From Phaeosaccion multiseriatum (lineage: Eukaryota; Protista; Ochrophyta, other classes), in the NCBI GenBank assembly GCA_965112735.1, contig OZ218962.1:2728001-2792000 (forward strand): a DNA stretch of 64,000 nucleotides, in the 5' to 3' direction. Shown here one piece after another: positions 51,901-64,000 of this stretch. Below the pieces are notes generated by a model. That model saw only the letters and a program-made list of their open reading frames with translations. It was not told the origin of the DNA and made no database searches. The position numbers were made by a program, and so were the translations under genes. The stretch's first letter is position 1; each line of letters opens with the position of its first letter.

Positions 51901-54900
51901 TGGGTAAGAGAGGGAGGGCGTGTGTGTGTGCGTGCGTGGGTGGTTGGACTCCGGGAGAGGAGGGGGGGGGGGGGGTTAGGAGGCTCGGGGACGATCGATC
52001 AAAGCATGGGCATGGAAAGTAGTCAAGTCACCCAGTCAGTCCGGCCAGTCAAGTTATAGGCGTGGCGTTCACTTCCAAGGCCCTCACGAGATGAATCAAA
52101 ATTATCTTCTTAACGAACGAACAACAACAACCCGCCCCGCCAACAGGCCTCGGCAAGACGATCGAAGTCTTGAGCTGCATCCTCGCCAACCCTCGTCAGG
52201 GCCCTTTGCTGGGCACGCAAGACGAAGAGGGGCGAACCATCAGCGCCAGCACCATCATCGTCGTGCCTCCCTCCCTCCTCGGGCAGTGGGCCGATGAAGT
52301 CAAGAAGACGACAGCTCCCGGTGCCTTACGAGTCATGACCTTTAACGGCTCCAGGAGAGTTGGCGTCAGTAAGCGGCACTTGCGCAAGCTCAAGAAGGAG
52401 ATGGTAGTGGATGGGGGGGGTGGGAGTGGTGGCAGCGCCAGTGGGCGGGCAGAGGGTGGCAGCAGCGGTGGTGGAGGTGGAGGTGCATCGAAGACGGGGG
52501 AGGGGAAGGGGGAGGGTTTCCGGGTTGAGGACACGGAGGAGGTGACAGCTGAGGATCTGCGCTTGTCGCCCGGAGAGCTTGACAAGAAGAGGCTGGTGTT
52601 GCCGCTCGAGGCTCTTGTGGATGATGCCTATGGCCAGGGGGGTGATTCCATCCCCATGGACAAGCTCAAGGGCTTTGAGTTTCATCCGGTCAAAGTGGAA
52701 CGTTTATCGAGTTTCAGACATACTGTGGAGGTGTCGTTTACGCTAGAGAACCTCATCTGCGGTGAGTGGGTGGAAGCGTATGGGGGGTAGAGGGAGGGGA
52801 GGGGGAGGGAGGGAGGGAGGGACGAAGACCGGAGGGAGGCCACAGTGAATCGGGGAGGGAGGAAGCGAGGGAGGCCCGAGAGGAAGGGGTGCCTTATTAC
52901 CGTCTTGCGGGCCATCCAAAGCGGTCTTCAGCCTCCCGGCCCGGCTGCTGCTCCCGCCTGCACCTTTCCACTTCCTTGCCCCCACCCACCCCACCCATCA
53001 CCCATTCGCTCTCTTCCATTCCCTCTGTCCTTCCTTACTTAACCTTACTTAACTGTTCACGCATCGGCCTTTCTCTCTCTTGCCCTCCTCTCCCTCTCCT
53101 CTCTTATCTCTTGCCTCGCCCCCCTCCCTCCCCTCGCCTCCCCTCCCTCCCTCCCTCCCTCCCTCCCCCTCCTCCCTCGCCCTCAACAGACCACGACATT
53201 GTCCTCACAACCTATGACACTCTCAAAGCCCGAGGTGGGCACATGCTCCGTCGCGTCAACTGGCACCGCGTTATCCTCGATGAGTGTCAGGAGATCAAGG
53301 CTGCCACCAGTGAAGTGGCAAAGATGACCTCTTCCTTGCAGGCCAACCACCGCTGGATGGTTTCCGGCACCCCGTTGTGCACCAGGATTGCAGACTTGCA
53401 CGGGGAGCTCAACTTTCTGCAGGTGGGAGGGTGTGTCTGGGTGTGTTTGGGTGTGTTTGGGTAGGTAGATTGGGGGGGGGGGTGGGGGGGGCTGGTTGGG
53501 GTTGGAGGCGGGTGTGCTTTGGGAAGCAGATGCGGTGTTCTTGGGTGACGATGTGTTGTCGTTTGCAGGAACGAAGGCTTCTCCCCGTACGTACGTAGAT
53601 ACGTACGTACTACTACTTTGTAGTGGATGCCTCTACCTCTCAGAAACCTCCCTCCCTCCCTCCTTCGCTCCCTCCTTCTCTCCCCATATGACTCCACCCA
53701 CCAACACGCACCACAGGTGTGGCCCTTCTCTCTGCAGAATGACGGCTTTTGGGAGGCCAAAGTCGGAGGCCCCTTCGGTAGGCAGGACCAAACAGCCCTC
53801 CCCCTGCTCCACATGCTGATAAAAGTTACCATGATGCGACACTCCAAGTCACAGCGATACGCTAGAGACGGCCGCCCGCTCGTGGAGATGCCCGCTCGGA
53901 CGGTGGAGTGGCGAGGGGTGGAGTACGATGAAGTCGAGGACCCGCATGTGCGTAGAAGGAGGAGGAGGAGGAGGAGGAGGAGGAGGAGGAGGAGGTGGGG
54001 GGGATGCTGATGATGGAAAGGTCTGCTCTATCGTCTCGCTCCCTTTCTACATTTGTCTCTTGTCTTTTCCGTCTGTCCCTCTGTCTTGACTCCACCCCCC
54101 CCTCATCCTCCCATCTCTCCCCCACCCCCTCTTCTTCACCCCCACTCCTCCTTCTTCTTCTTCTTCTTCTTCTTCTTCTTCTTCTTCTTCTTCTCCTCCC
54201 TCCTCCTGCTGCTCCTTCTTCTCCTCCTTCTGCTCCTCCTTCTCCCTCCCCTTCTCCTTGCTCTTCTCCTCCTCCTTCTTCTCAGGACATCAACGAGTCG
54301 TACGTGTACCGTTACTTAGAGATCATGTGCGCCAAAGTCTGTCGGAGGATGCAGAGAGAGCTGACGCGAGTCCAACAAGGCCGCGGAGGAGGAGTGCTCG
54401 GGAGAAGAGATCACGCCAAGCTTCGTGCTCTGCTCGGCCAATGCCAAAAGGCCGCCTCCCATCCGGGCATCGTCGGTCTGCTGGAGCTCGATCGACTCAA
54501 GCGCTCGCTAGAGGAGAACGATCCGGCCTTCGCGGGGAGGGGGCAAGGGGAAGGGGGCGTGGATCCGGCCCTATTGATTGCGCTGAGGAGAGCTTACCCG
54601 AACCACCAACTTAATCTGCTCATGGCGACTGCGGCGGGCAGGGGGGGGGTGTGGGGGGCGGCGGCGTTGGCGGCGTTGCGACAGGCAGGGGGTCAAGGAG
54701 GATGGGGCAGGCCAGGAGAACCGAATGCCCGACCTCTGCCGAGTGTAGGCATCCTCGCCCTCAGCGCCAAGGATGTGCTTCACAAGGTACAGTCTGCACA
54801 CGCGTCCAAAGGAGGGGGTATGAATAGGGACGTCAATCGCAACTGGGCCGTCGGAGGGGAGTGGGAAGACAAGCTGAGGGAGGAGAGTGCGGCGATGAGT

Positions 54901-56448
54901 GTCCTTGAGCTGCAGGAGAAGCTTCGGGGTGAGGGCATGCCCTTGCCCAAGATTTGGGCCCAATTGCATCAAACAGGCACCACGCAGACGGGGGAGCGCG
55001 AGATTTGGTTCCAGCAGCCGCTGCCGCAGGACGGTGCGAGTGGAGCAGCAGGGCAGGCGGGTGGTAGCAAGGCAGACGGGGCCTCGGGGGGGGGAGACCA
55101 GGGGAAGGGAAAGGGGAAGGGGACGGGGAAGGGGAAGGACAAGGGCAAGGGCAAGGCGAAGGCGAAGGCGGGGACGGGGGGCAGTGGCTCTGGCAGGGAC
55201 AGCGATGGTGACGCGCTCATGGTGGATGTAGAGAAGAGGGAGGAGGAGGAGGGGGAGGGGCAAAAGCTTGACATGACCAAGGGCATCCTGCGGGTCGATG
55301 ATGTGATTCGAGTGGGGGCCAACAATGAGGACAACGAGGCTGTGGTGAAGGACGTGCAGGAGGCCTCCGCCACCATGGAGAGCTTCTGGACATTGGCCAG
55401 CGTGCGAAGGGGCAAGGTGAGGGTGTGAGGGAAAGGGAGGGAGGGAGGGAGGGAGGGAGGGAGGGAGGGAGGGAGAGGGGGCACTCACAAGAGGGGGTGG
55501 GGGCCTATGTTCACCAATCGATCGATCTGTGCCCAACACTTCCGCTATTTCCTATTTCCTCCTCCCCTCCAACTCCCTCCTCCTCCTCCCCCTCCTCCTC
55601 CTCCTCCTCCTCCTTCTTCTTCTTCTTCTCCGCCTCCTCCTCGTCCTCCTCCAACTCCCTCCTCCCGCCTCCTCCACCTTGCTGCTGCTTGACATGCATA
55701 TCCTGTCCTCCCAAACATAACAACCCCGTCCCACCCCCTCTCCCATCTCCGTCCCCTCCCCTACCTCCATAAGTCAATAAAGTATATCCCCTCCCATACC
55801 TCCCTACCTCCATAAGTCAATAAAGTACCCCTTAACCCCAACCTCGTCTGTCTCTTCTCCTCCGGCAGGTGTTCCGCCACACGCTCGCCACTCGCAAGAA
55901 GCCCTACGTCGACCTCGTAGTGGCCAAGCAGCGAGAGAAGACGGGCATCTCCACAGACATACACGAGGCAGGCTTCTCCTCCATCTACCGGGTCATGGCC
56001 AAGGAGAACGTTACGTGCCCTATTTGCATGAGCTATGTGGAGCGGCCTGTGGTGACCAACTGCGTGCACATCTACTGTAGAGAAGTGCGTGAGGGGAGAG
56101 GGATATGGGGGGAGGGAGGGAGGCTTGAAGGGAGGGATGGGGGGAGGGAGGGAGGCTTGAAGGGAGGGATGGGGGGTGGGAGGGATGCATAGTAGTTCAC
56201 CTTTCTCACACTCCTCTTTTCCTCTCTCCCTCTCTCACTCCTTTCCTTCTGCGCCCCCCTCCTTCCTTCCTTCCTCCCACCCCACCCCCTCGCTCCATCC
56301 CTCCCCCCGGGGTACGGCTCGATACATCCCAACACCACGTACCGTACCACCCTTTGTCTGCCTCCGTTGCCCCATCTGCTTGCCCTATCCGCTCCCTCTC
56401 TTGTCTGCCCTGTATCACCAACTGCCCCCCCTTTCTCTGCCTGCCTGT

Positions 56449-56495
<47 letters not shown>

Positions 56496-57597
56496 CCCCT
56501 GTTCCATCATCCTCCATCCCCTCAGTGCATCTCTCAAGAGCTCGACAGAGCGGAGATGGACGTTCGCCACCAGCCCAAGTGCCCCATTTGTAGGAGAGCA
56601 CTCGCGGCTCGCAACATGTGGGAGATTCAAGTTGATCCCAACGACCACGAGATGGAGATAGTGCTGCCGGAGGGAGGAGGAGGAGGAGGAGGAGGAGGAG
56701 GAGGAGGAGCAGCAGCAGCAGCTGGAGGAGGAGGAGGAGGAGGAGGAGGAGGGGGAGGAGGAGGAGGAGGAGGGGGAGGAGGAGCAGCAGCAGGAGGAGG
56801 AGGGGGAGGAGGGGGAGGAGCAGCAGCAGCAGGAGGAGGAGGAGCAGGAGGAGGAGGAGGAGGAGGAGGAGCGCCAGCAGGGGCAGCAGGGGCAGCAGGG
56901 GCAGCAGGCAGCACCAGTGAGGCCGAGGCCGGCACAGGTGCAGAGACGCACGGCAGCTCTGCCAGTGGAGCCCCCTTGGGTGATGGCGCAGCACTTCCAA
57001 GGTCAGGGTCAGGGCCTGCCTCTTCCTCGTCGTCAGCAGCAGGGGCAGCAGCAGTTGCAGCAGGAGGAGGAGCTGGTGGTGAGGCGTCAGCGGGACCAGC
57101 AGCACCGGCAGTAGCTGCAGCAGCAGCACCAGCATCATCGTCAGTCTCCGGTGCGAGGACCCGTCGCTCGACAGCAGCAGCATCAGCAGCAGCAGCGGCA
57201 GCCTCAGCATCAGCCGCTTCAGCATTGGCAGCAGTTGGTGATACAGCAGCAGCAGGAGGAGCGGGAGGAGCGCCGGCAGCAGCAGCGGCACCGGCTCCTC
57301 CCGCCCCTCTCAACAGCACGACAGTTACAGTGCCCGATGTGGAGTGGGCAGACACCGCCACCCCCGCAGAGCTCCGGAGAGTGCCGCTCCCTCCAGGAGG
57401 ACGCCTCCCGCCCAATCACCACGTCCCCTCTCTGGAGCCCACGCTGCTGTCCCACTACGGCGTGGTGCAGTACAAGAGCAGCAGCTGCAAGCTCCGAGCG
57501 CTCTTTGCTGACATACGGGACACGCTAAGGGAGGACCCCGGGGCCAAGTTCGTCATCTTCTCCCAGTATGCGCAGGTGTGTGGGTTTGGGCGTGTAT

Positions 57598-57653
<56 letters not shown>

Positions 57654-59244
57654 AACATCTCTGGGGTGTACAGTTTGTGTGTACATGGAGAGGGGTGTAG
57701 GAAAAAGCCGTTTGTGTTCGGTGTTTGTTGTCGAGTGTTGGAGGGGCGAGGGCAGGGGTAAGGTGTGTGAATAGACAGAGGGTGAAGCTGGGTGGTGTAA
57801 GGGGTATGATGTAGCGTGTAGGGGTGTAGACTATACGAACTCTCCCCCCTGACACCCTCGCTCTGTCCTGACACCCTCTTGCTCACCAAGGTGCTGGTCA
57901 AGGTTGGTGAATTCCTGACGCACAAAGGCCTAAAGTCCACCTCCTTCGCCAACGGCCACAGCAGAGGCCACAGGCACGCCGCCGTGACCTCCTTCAATAC
58001 CGACCCCACGGTTAGTCAAGGCACATTCGAGGGGAAGGGAGGGAGAGGGTGAAGAGGAGAGGGGAGCGGGGCGGGGCTGCTTCCCCTGACGTTCAAGGAC
58101 CCCCCCTCCCTCCCCTTCCTTCCGGTGGTTTCCATGTCCTCATGTGTCCCCATCTGTCCTCATGTGTCCCGGTGTCGTCCCTCACCCATTTCATCGCACC
58201 ATGGCACCCTATGGCACCCTTGCAGGTGCGAGCCATGCTTCTGACCACGGGCACCGGAGCGGCGGGGCTGACTCTGACTGCGGCATCTGTGATGTACATG
58301 TTGGATGTCTGCCACAACCCCGCGGACGAGGCACAGGCGCTCAACAGGGTACACCGCATAGGGCAGACGCACACCGTCAAATGTGTCATTTTCTTTATGC
58401 GGCGGAGTGTGGAGGAGAGGATGATGCTCATTCGCAAGGAGAACGGTACGTAAGGGGTACGTAAGGGGTACGTAAGGGGGAAGAGGAGGGGGGAGAGGGA
58501 GGGAAGGATAGGTGAAGAGGGTCAATATCTCTAGGAAGGCAAGAGCTGGCAAATACCTTTCTCATATCTCGGCACTGCCTTCTTCCTTCCTCCCTCCCTT
58601 CTTGCCTCCCTCCCTTTCCCCCCCATCCGTCTTCCGTCCTTGCCCCATGCGATTGTGTGTGTGTGTGTGTGTGTGTGTTGTGTGTGTGTTGTGTGTGTGT
58701 TATGTTGTGTTGTGCTCAATTGCTTCCCTTCTTGACAGGTACGCTGGAGGAGTTTCTGGAGAGCACCGACGACCTCGGAGTGGGCACGGACGAGTCACAG
58801 GATGAAGCAGTTGGTGATACAGCAGCAGCCTCAGAAGCAGCTGCCAGAGGCGGTAGGGGCAAGAGAGGGAGAGGAGGAGGAGGAGGCGGAGGCGCTCGAG
58901 CTAGAGCTGCAGCTGCGGCGGTGGCGGCAGCGGGCGGTTCTGGCGGACCGTCCACGTTCAGCCTTCCCCAACTCAAGAAGCTGTTCGGGATTCGCCCTGG
59001 AACAGAAGAGGCGCCTTCGGATGTGGAGGAGGTGGAGGATAGCGACTATGACGAGCAAGAAGGCGAGGAGGGGCAACCAAGCGGCAGCGACGATGATGAA
59101 ACGCTCAGCCTTGACAGCGCCGACAGCACCATTGATTACCATTTGATGTTGGCTAGAAGGGGCATCTACCTTCCTGATCCGCAGCGTCAGCAGCCAGAGG
59201 GAGACGAGGTGATTGTGCTGAGCAGCTCGGATGAAGGGGATTGA
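48951..59244 (+). CDS. SNF2-family helicase with RING finger (Rad5/HLTF/SHPRH-like), multi-exon
   Basis: Motifs distributed over exons: LFEYQRSTLQWM, GGLLSEEMG|LGKT, TIIVVPPSLLGQW, DIVLTTYD, WHRVILDECQ, RWMVSGTP, RING (CPIC...CVHIYCRE|C...CPIC), KFVIFSQY, GAAGLTLTAAS, QALNRVHRIGQ. The start codon and some exon boundaries are uncertain. Confidence 0.9.
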
Positions 59245-59775
59245 GGGGATTGAAGGGCTGGAAGGGCAGGAAGGGCTTGGGGGAAAGTGTCGCGGCGGAA
59301 ACACGCACACACACACACACGCACACACACACACACACGAACACACACACACACACGCGCGCACACACACATACGCACACATGCAAGGGTACAAAGGGTC
59401 CGTAGCTTCATCAGCAACGCTTTGGAGCTGCAGTATGTACAGAGGCGAAGGGCGAGAACAATTTTAGTTGCAGTTTTGGTTCGCATTAGGCTGTGAGCTT
59501 CTGGTGGATCTGCACAGAAGCAGCCACGGAGGGGGGGGGGGAGAGGCCCGAGCACGGCGAGCGGGGCTGTGGCGTGCGGTGCCGAGAGTGTGGTTGGTAC
59601 ACTTTTTGGAGAGGAGAAGGAGGAGAGGACGCGAGGAGTGCCCAAGGAGGACAGGCGGAGCTCGTGGTCTCCTCCTCATTACATTGAAGTCCCGTGTAGA
59701 AGGGAGGGGAAGTGAGGGAAGGTATTGAATTGCTAGCGAATCACCTAAAAGTAAAAGTCCTAAGAGTAAAATCTC

Positions 59776-62157
59776 TTGATCACGGGTGCCGCTGCGATGC
59801 TTCTCCCCTCCGAAATGCCTTCCTGCCGCAGCTGGTGCTTCTGCTTCTCCCCTCTTCCTTCCTCTCTTACTCTTTACCCTCCTCCTCGTGGAGCTGTGAG
59901 TGATTCCTTTGGCCGTGTGGGAGCTGGGAGGCATGTCCGACAGAGGAGGGAGGAGGGAGCTACGAGGGGAGGAAGAGGAGGGCGAGGAGGGAGAACGGCA
60001 GAGGATCAACAGCACCCCCTGCACCAGCGAATATTCGGAGGACAGGATGGCAAGAGCGCGACGGACAGGAGGCGGGAGGGGCAGATACGTCTGAGAGAGG
60101 AGGTGAAATCACTCGGGCAGAAGGGAGATTGGCGGGGAGTGGCGAGAGCTCTGGACGAGGCCAAGGCCGGTGCACTTCCTTTGAACGTGTTCATCTACAC
60201 CGCCGCCATCACTGCGGTGGGACGATGTGGGCGCTGGAAGGGGGCGCTGGCCTTGCTGGGCGAAATGGCTGCGAATGGGGTCGAGCCGGATGCCATCGCC
60301 TTCTCGTCGACCCTCGTTGCATGTGCCCGGGCCGGAAAGAACCGCGCTGCCTTTGGCGTGCTAAAGGAGATGCGAGAGAAGGGCTTTCGCCCTGGAGTGG
60401 AAACGTGCAGCCTTCTATTAAACTCGTGCTGTATGAGACTGCAGCTGCATCGTGCTGCTCAATTGTTGCAAGAAATGCGAGAGTTAGGCCCGGCTCCGAC
60501 CACGGTGAGCTACACGTGTGTCATCAATGGGTTTGGCAAAGCGGGCCAATGTGAGCGTGCGCTGGACCTGTTTGCAGAGATGCAAGAGGACGGACTACGG
60601 CCCGATGTGGTTGCCTACAACTCACTGATATCGGCTTGCGGCTCTGCAGGCTTGTACGAGCGGGCACTAGACCTTCTCCAGGAGATGCGAGAGGAGGGAC
60701 TCCGGCCCGACGTTATTTCTCACAATGCTGCCATGACTGCTTGCGGCAAGGCTGGACAGAGCGAGAGGGCCCTGGCCATTCTACGACAGATGCAGAGAGA
60801 CGAAGGGCTGGCACCGACCCACCCTTCCTTCAATGCGGTGCTTGACGCTTGTGCCCGAGCCGGTCAAGCGGACCGCGCTCGAGACCTGCTCACAGAGATG
60901 AAAAGTACAGGACTAGCACCGGATATCATCTCCTTCAACGCTGTCGTCACGGCCTGTGCCAACGCAGGGCAGTACGACCAAGCGCGGGAGGTGCTGGCGG
61001 AGATGGGGAGAGAGGGGCTCCGCGGGGACGTGTTGACGTACAACGGCATGATTGCCGCGTACGGAAAGGGCGGCGAGTGTGGCAAGGCCCAGGGCGTACT
61101 TAAAGAGATGCGCGAGGAGGGCATTGAGCCCGACCTGATCAGCTTCAACACCGTCATTGATGCCTTTGCGCGGGCAGGCCAGCACGAGATGGCGCTTGAT
61201 TGGCTGATAGACATGCAGAGTGAGGGCGTGCGTCCCGATATCATCACCTACAACTCGGTCGTCACGGCCTGTGCCAATGCAGGGCAGTACGAAAAGGCCC
61301 GCGGTGTGTTGCGGGAGATGCGAGAAGGCGGGTTCGAACCCGACTTGATCACGTACAACGCCATGTGCACTGCTTGTGGCAAGGGCGGACAGCACGAGAT
61401 GGCACTAGAAGTGCTTCGAGAGATGCAAGAAGAGGGCGTTCGACCCGACGTGGTGAGCTTCAATGCGCTGATCCACGCCTTTGGGCGGGCAGGCCAGCAC
61501 GAGCCAGCAGTCGGTGTATTCGAAGACATGCAGCAAGCGGGTGTGCGTCCGGATGTCATTACCTACAACTGCCTCATTACTGCGCACGGCAATGCAGGAG
61601 ACTTTCAAGGAGCCCTCAGAGTGCTGGAGAGGATGCGAGAAGATCAGGCCGTAGGAGGGGAGGGTATTCAAACGGACACGCCACCACCGAACGTCATCAG
61701 TTACCGAGCAGGGATCACTGCATGTGGCAAGGCCGGGCAGTATGAACGAGCGCTCGATGTGTTTATGAGCATGGAAGTGTACGGGCCGGAGCCCGATGAA
61801 GAAACTTATAGGGTCGTCATTGACGTCATGTCTGCCTGTGACCAGTTCGCCTCTGCAGATGACCTGTACGCAGAGGCGGTGTCGAAAGGCGTCTTGTCGC
61901 ACTGGGTCAAGGGCAAAGAGGGCAAGGTGATGGACTTGCACGGCTTCACCGAAGGCTCCAGTAAGGCCGCCCTCCGCCACGCGCTCACAGTGGAGAAGGC
62001 CACGGGAGAGATACAGGTCATCACGGGTAGAGGCCGGCGCAGCGTGGACGGCATCAGCGTGCTCAAGCCCCTCGTGCTCGGCTTCCTGAACGACGAGCTC
62101 GGCCTTGAGGCCTCCATCTTGCCCGCCCATGAAGGGGTGGTGATCCTCAAGGTGTGA
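59776..62157 (+). CDS. P-class PPR protein with C-terminal Smr (small MutS-related) domain; intronless coding tract, start uncertain
   Basis: 15-16 regular 35-aa PPR motifs, then MDLHGFT...IQVITGRGRRS...EGVVIL, which is typical of Smr. Confidence 0.92.
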   Translation: MITGAAAMLLPSEMPSCRSWCFCFSPLPSSLTLYPPPRGAVSDSFGRVGAGRHVRQRREEGATRGGRGGRGGRTAEDQQHPLHQRIFGGQDGKSATDRRREGQIRLREEVKSLGQKGDWRGVARALDEAKAGALPLNVFIYTAAITAVGRCGRWKGALALLGEMAANGVEPDAIAFSSTLVACARAGKNRAAFGVLKEMREKGFRPGVETCSLLLNSCCMRLQLHRAAQLLQEMRELGPAPTTVSYTCVINGFGKAGQCERALDLFAEMQEDGLRPDVVAYNSLISACGSAGLYERALDLLQEMREEGLRPDVISHNAAMTACGKAGQSERALAILRQMQRDEGLAPTHPSFNAVLDACARAGQADRARDLLTEMKSTGLAPDIISFNAVVTACANAGQYDQAREVLAEMGREGLRGDVLTYNGMIAAYGKGGECGKAQGVLKEMREEGIEPDLISFNTVIDAFARAGQHEMALDWLIDMQSEGVRPDIITYNSVVTACANAGQYEKARGVLREMREGGFEPDLITYNAMCTACGKGGQHEMALEVLREMQEEGVRPDVVSFNALIHAFGRAGQHEPAVGVFEDMQQAGVRPDVITYNCLITAHGNAGDFQGALRVLERMREDQAVGGEGIQTDTPPPNVISYRAGITACGKAGQYERALDVFMSMEVYGPEPDEETYRVVIDVMSACDQFASADDLYAEAVSKGVLSHWVKGKEGKVMDLHGFTEGSSKAALRHALTVEKATGEIQVITGRGRRSVDGISVLKPLVLGFLNDELGLEASILPAHEGVVILKV

Positions 62158-62866
62158 GGTGTGAGGTGTGAGGTGTGAGGTGTGAGGCACTCGTCAGTGG
62201 CATGTGGAGGCCAATGACTTATCTTTTTCATGTTTTTTTTTTTTTTTTTTTTTTTAATTTAAAGCTATAATAACTTAGGCCTTGATATATATTGTACTAG
62301 TATGACTTACTAAGAGAGTAAGTATCCTCGCGGACCACCCCCCCCGCAACCCACCCCTTTCCACAGGGCTTCAGGACCACCCACGCGCCCACCCCTTGCC
62401 ATAGTGCTTCCGGACAGGCTGATGGCCCGTCCCCTGCTCTCTCCCCACTGCTTCCTTCATTCCGCACACGGCACAGCAAGCCCACCATATACACACGCAA
62501 CAACAGCACACGCTCTCGTTCTCTCCTCAGGAAGCGCCTCACTTCACTGCACTTGGGCATCGTGTCACCAAGCACCAAGCACCAAGCACACGCACGCACA
62601 CACACTCACGCGCCCTTTCGCTTCACACACAATGCATGCATGCAGCTTCACAGCCACACCACACCACACGCCAAGCACCAAGCGTCGCACCGGACAGTTA
62701 CACCACAGCAGACACCTGCTGCACCCCACCACACCCTGCGCACCAACTGTCACACCAGCACGTCACTCTCAGTGGCACACCGATGCGTCGCCAGACATGG
62801 CTGTCCGGCTGTCCGGCCGTCCGGCCCTCGGGGATGAGACTCGGCCACTCACAGTCCCGGCCCCGC

Positions 62867-64000
62867 TCAGTCCCCGAAGGATCGCCGGAAGTTGCGGCGC
62901 TTCTGCTTCTCGAACGCAGTGCCGCCGAGCGTCGGTCCCTCCACCGAGGAGGAGGAGAAGATGGCCTCCGTTTGCTGCCTGTTGGTTTGCGTTAGGCTCA
63001 TCTGCCCGAGGGGCTGGCGCGTCCCAAACAGATTAGACATGGGGAGGGAAAAGTGGCACTCTCCTTCTCCTTCTCCTTCTCCTCCTTCCTTGAGATCGGC
63101 ACGCCACCGTCCTGCGAACCCCCAACGTCCTACTCCTCCTCCTCCTCCCCCTCCCCCTCCTCTTCCTCCTCCTCCTCCTCCTCCTACCCCCTCGTCAGGG
63201 GCCGCCGTTTCCTCCAGGGAACATTCCGACGACATGGTTCTGTTCAAGTGGAAGAGGTCGGTGTCAGTGCTGCCCGTGTTTCCGAGGTCAGACCCATCAC
63301 TGCCGAACCGCCTGGCCCACACCGCCAGGAAAGCCCTCTGCAGTGCGGGCTGCAGTTGTCCTCCTCCCTCCCCGGAGGAAGAGGCTGCGGCAGCCAGCGC
63401 TGTGGCGGTGACGGTCGGTGCTCCGTCCCCTCCTCGCCCGCCTGTGGAAGCGGCGGTCGTCAGCCAGGCTGGGAGTGAGGACTTGGAGGCAGCAAGCTGG
63501 GGAGAGGGAGGCACGGTGGCCAGCAGTGCTTTCATATCCTCCTCCTGCTGATTGCGCAGGACACCGAAGCTCGAGCAGCCGCAGCCGTGGGCCTCAAGGT
63601 GCTGGCAGATGCGGATGGTGTTGCCCGCGGGAAAGTCCTCGCTCTGCAGCCACATTCCGACGGCAGAGAGGAGCAGCGGCGCTGTAGGGGGGGCAAGGCG
63701 AAAAGAGGTTCTAAGCGTTGAATGTGATGGGGGAGTATGTACCAGACGCGATCCACTGCAACATCTTGCTCTAACAAGTCCAAGTCTACGCCCCTCCTGT
63801 CCTGAAGCGAGCACATGTGAATGGTGGTGGTACACTGGCAGTCTTACCTCCGAGCACCATCCTCCGCAGGTTGTCATCTTTGGCGTAGGAGGCCGCGAAT
63901 TGTTTGCCACCCCCGCCGCGCTTCCCACACATTACATTCGCACCGCCAGCCAGCAGCATCTCCACCACTAGGCCGTGCCCTCTACTCACAGCCAAGCTCA
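62867..64000 (-). CDS. 3' end of an ankyrin-repeat protein with a SAM-like C-terminal region
   Basis: Ankyrin tail 'AVSRGHGLVVEMLLAGGANV'. Donor G|GTAAG at 63847 splices in frame to the acceptor at 63682 and continues into the 62867-63928 frame (WLQSEDF...ICQHLEAHG...EEDMKALL). Confidence 0.55.

Overview
This is GC-rich, intron-rich eukaryotic nuclear DNA, probably from a photosynthetic stramenopile (ochrophyte). The taxon is inferred from a bipartite signal+'AF' plastid-targeting leader on a Cpn10, P-class PPR genes, RABL2 and GT-AG introns packed with simple repeats. Gene models were spliced by hand. In order they are: ankyrin/BTB-like protein; purH/ATIC (11 exons); PPR protein; PH-like ORF; a cluster of three Ycf45/SpoIIIAA-type AAA+ ATPase copies around an FNIP-repeat gene; a 7TM-RGS protein; a low-GC intronless GT77-type glycosyltransferase; plastid Cpn10; a second FNIP gene; RABL2; a Rad5/SHPRH-type SNF2-RING helicase; a PPR-Smr protein; and an ankyrin/SAM-like protein. 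Three observations stand out. (1) The two full-length ATPase copies carry N-terminal LOTUS/OST-HTH-like winged helices and a catalytically eroded DEDDy 3'-5' exonuclease-like domain, and the three copies show mosaic, gene-conversion-like identity. (2) The glycosyltransferase is split by a 1569-bp TIR element with a TTT target duplication; excising it restores the reading frame exactly, and its TIRs also contain in-frame splice sites. (3) The PPR-Smr repeat code predicts a U-tract target. Domain calls rest on motif recognition by eye, not database searches.
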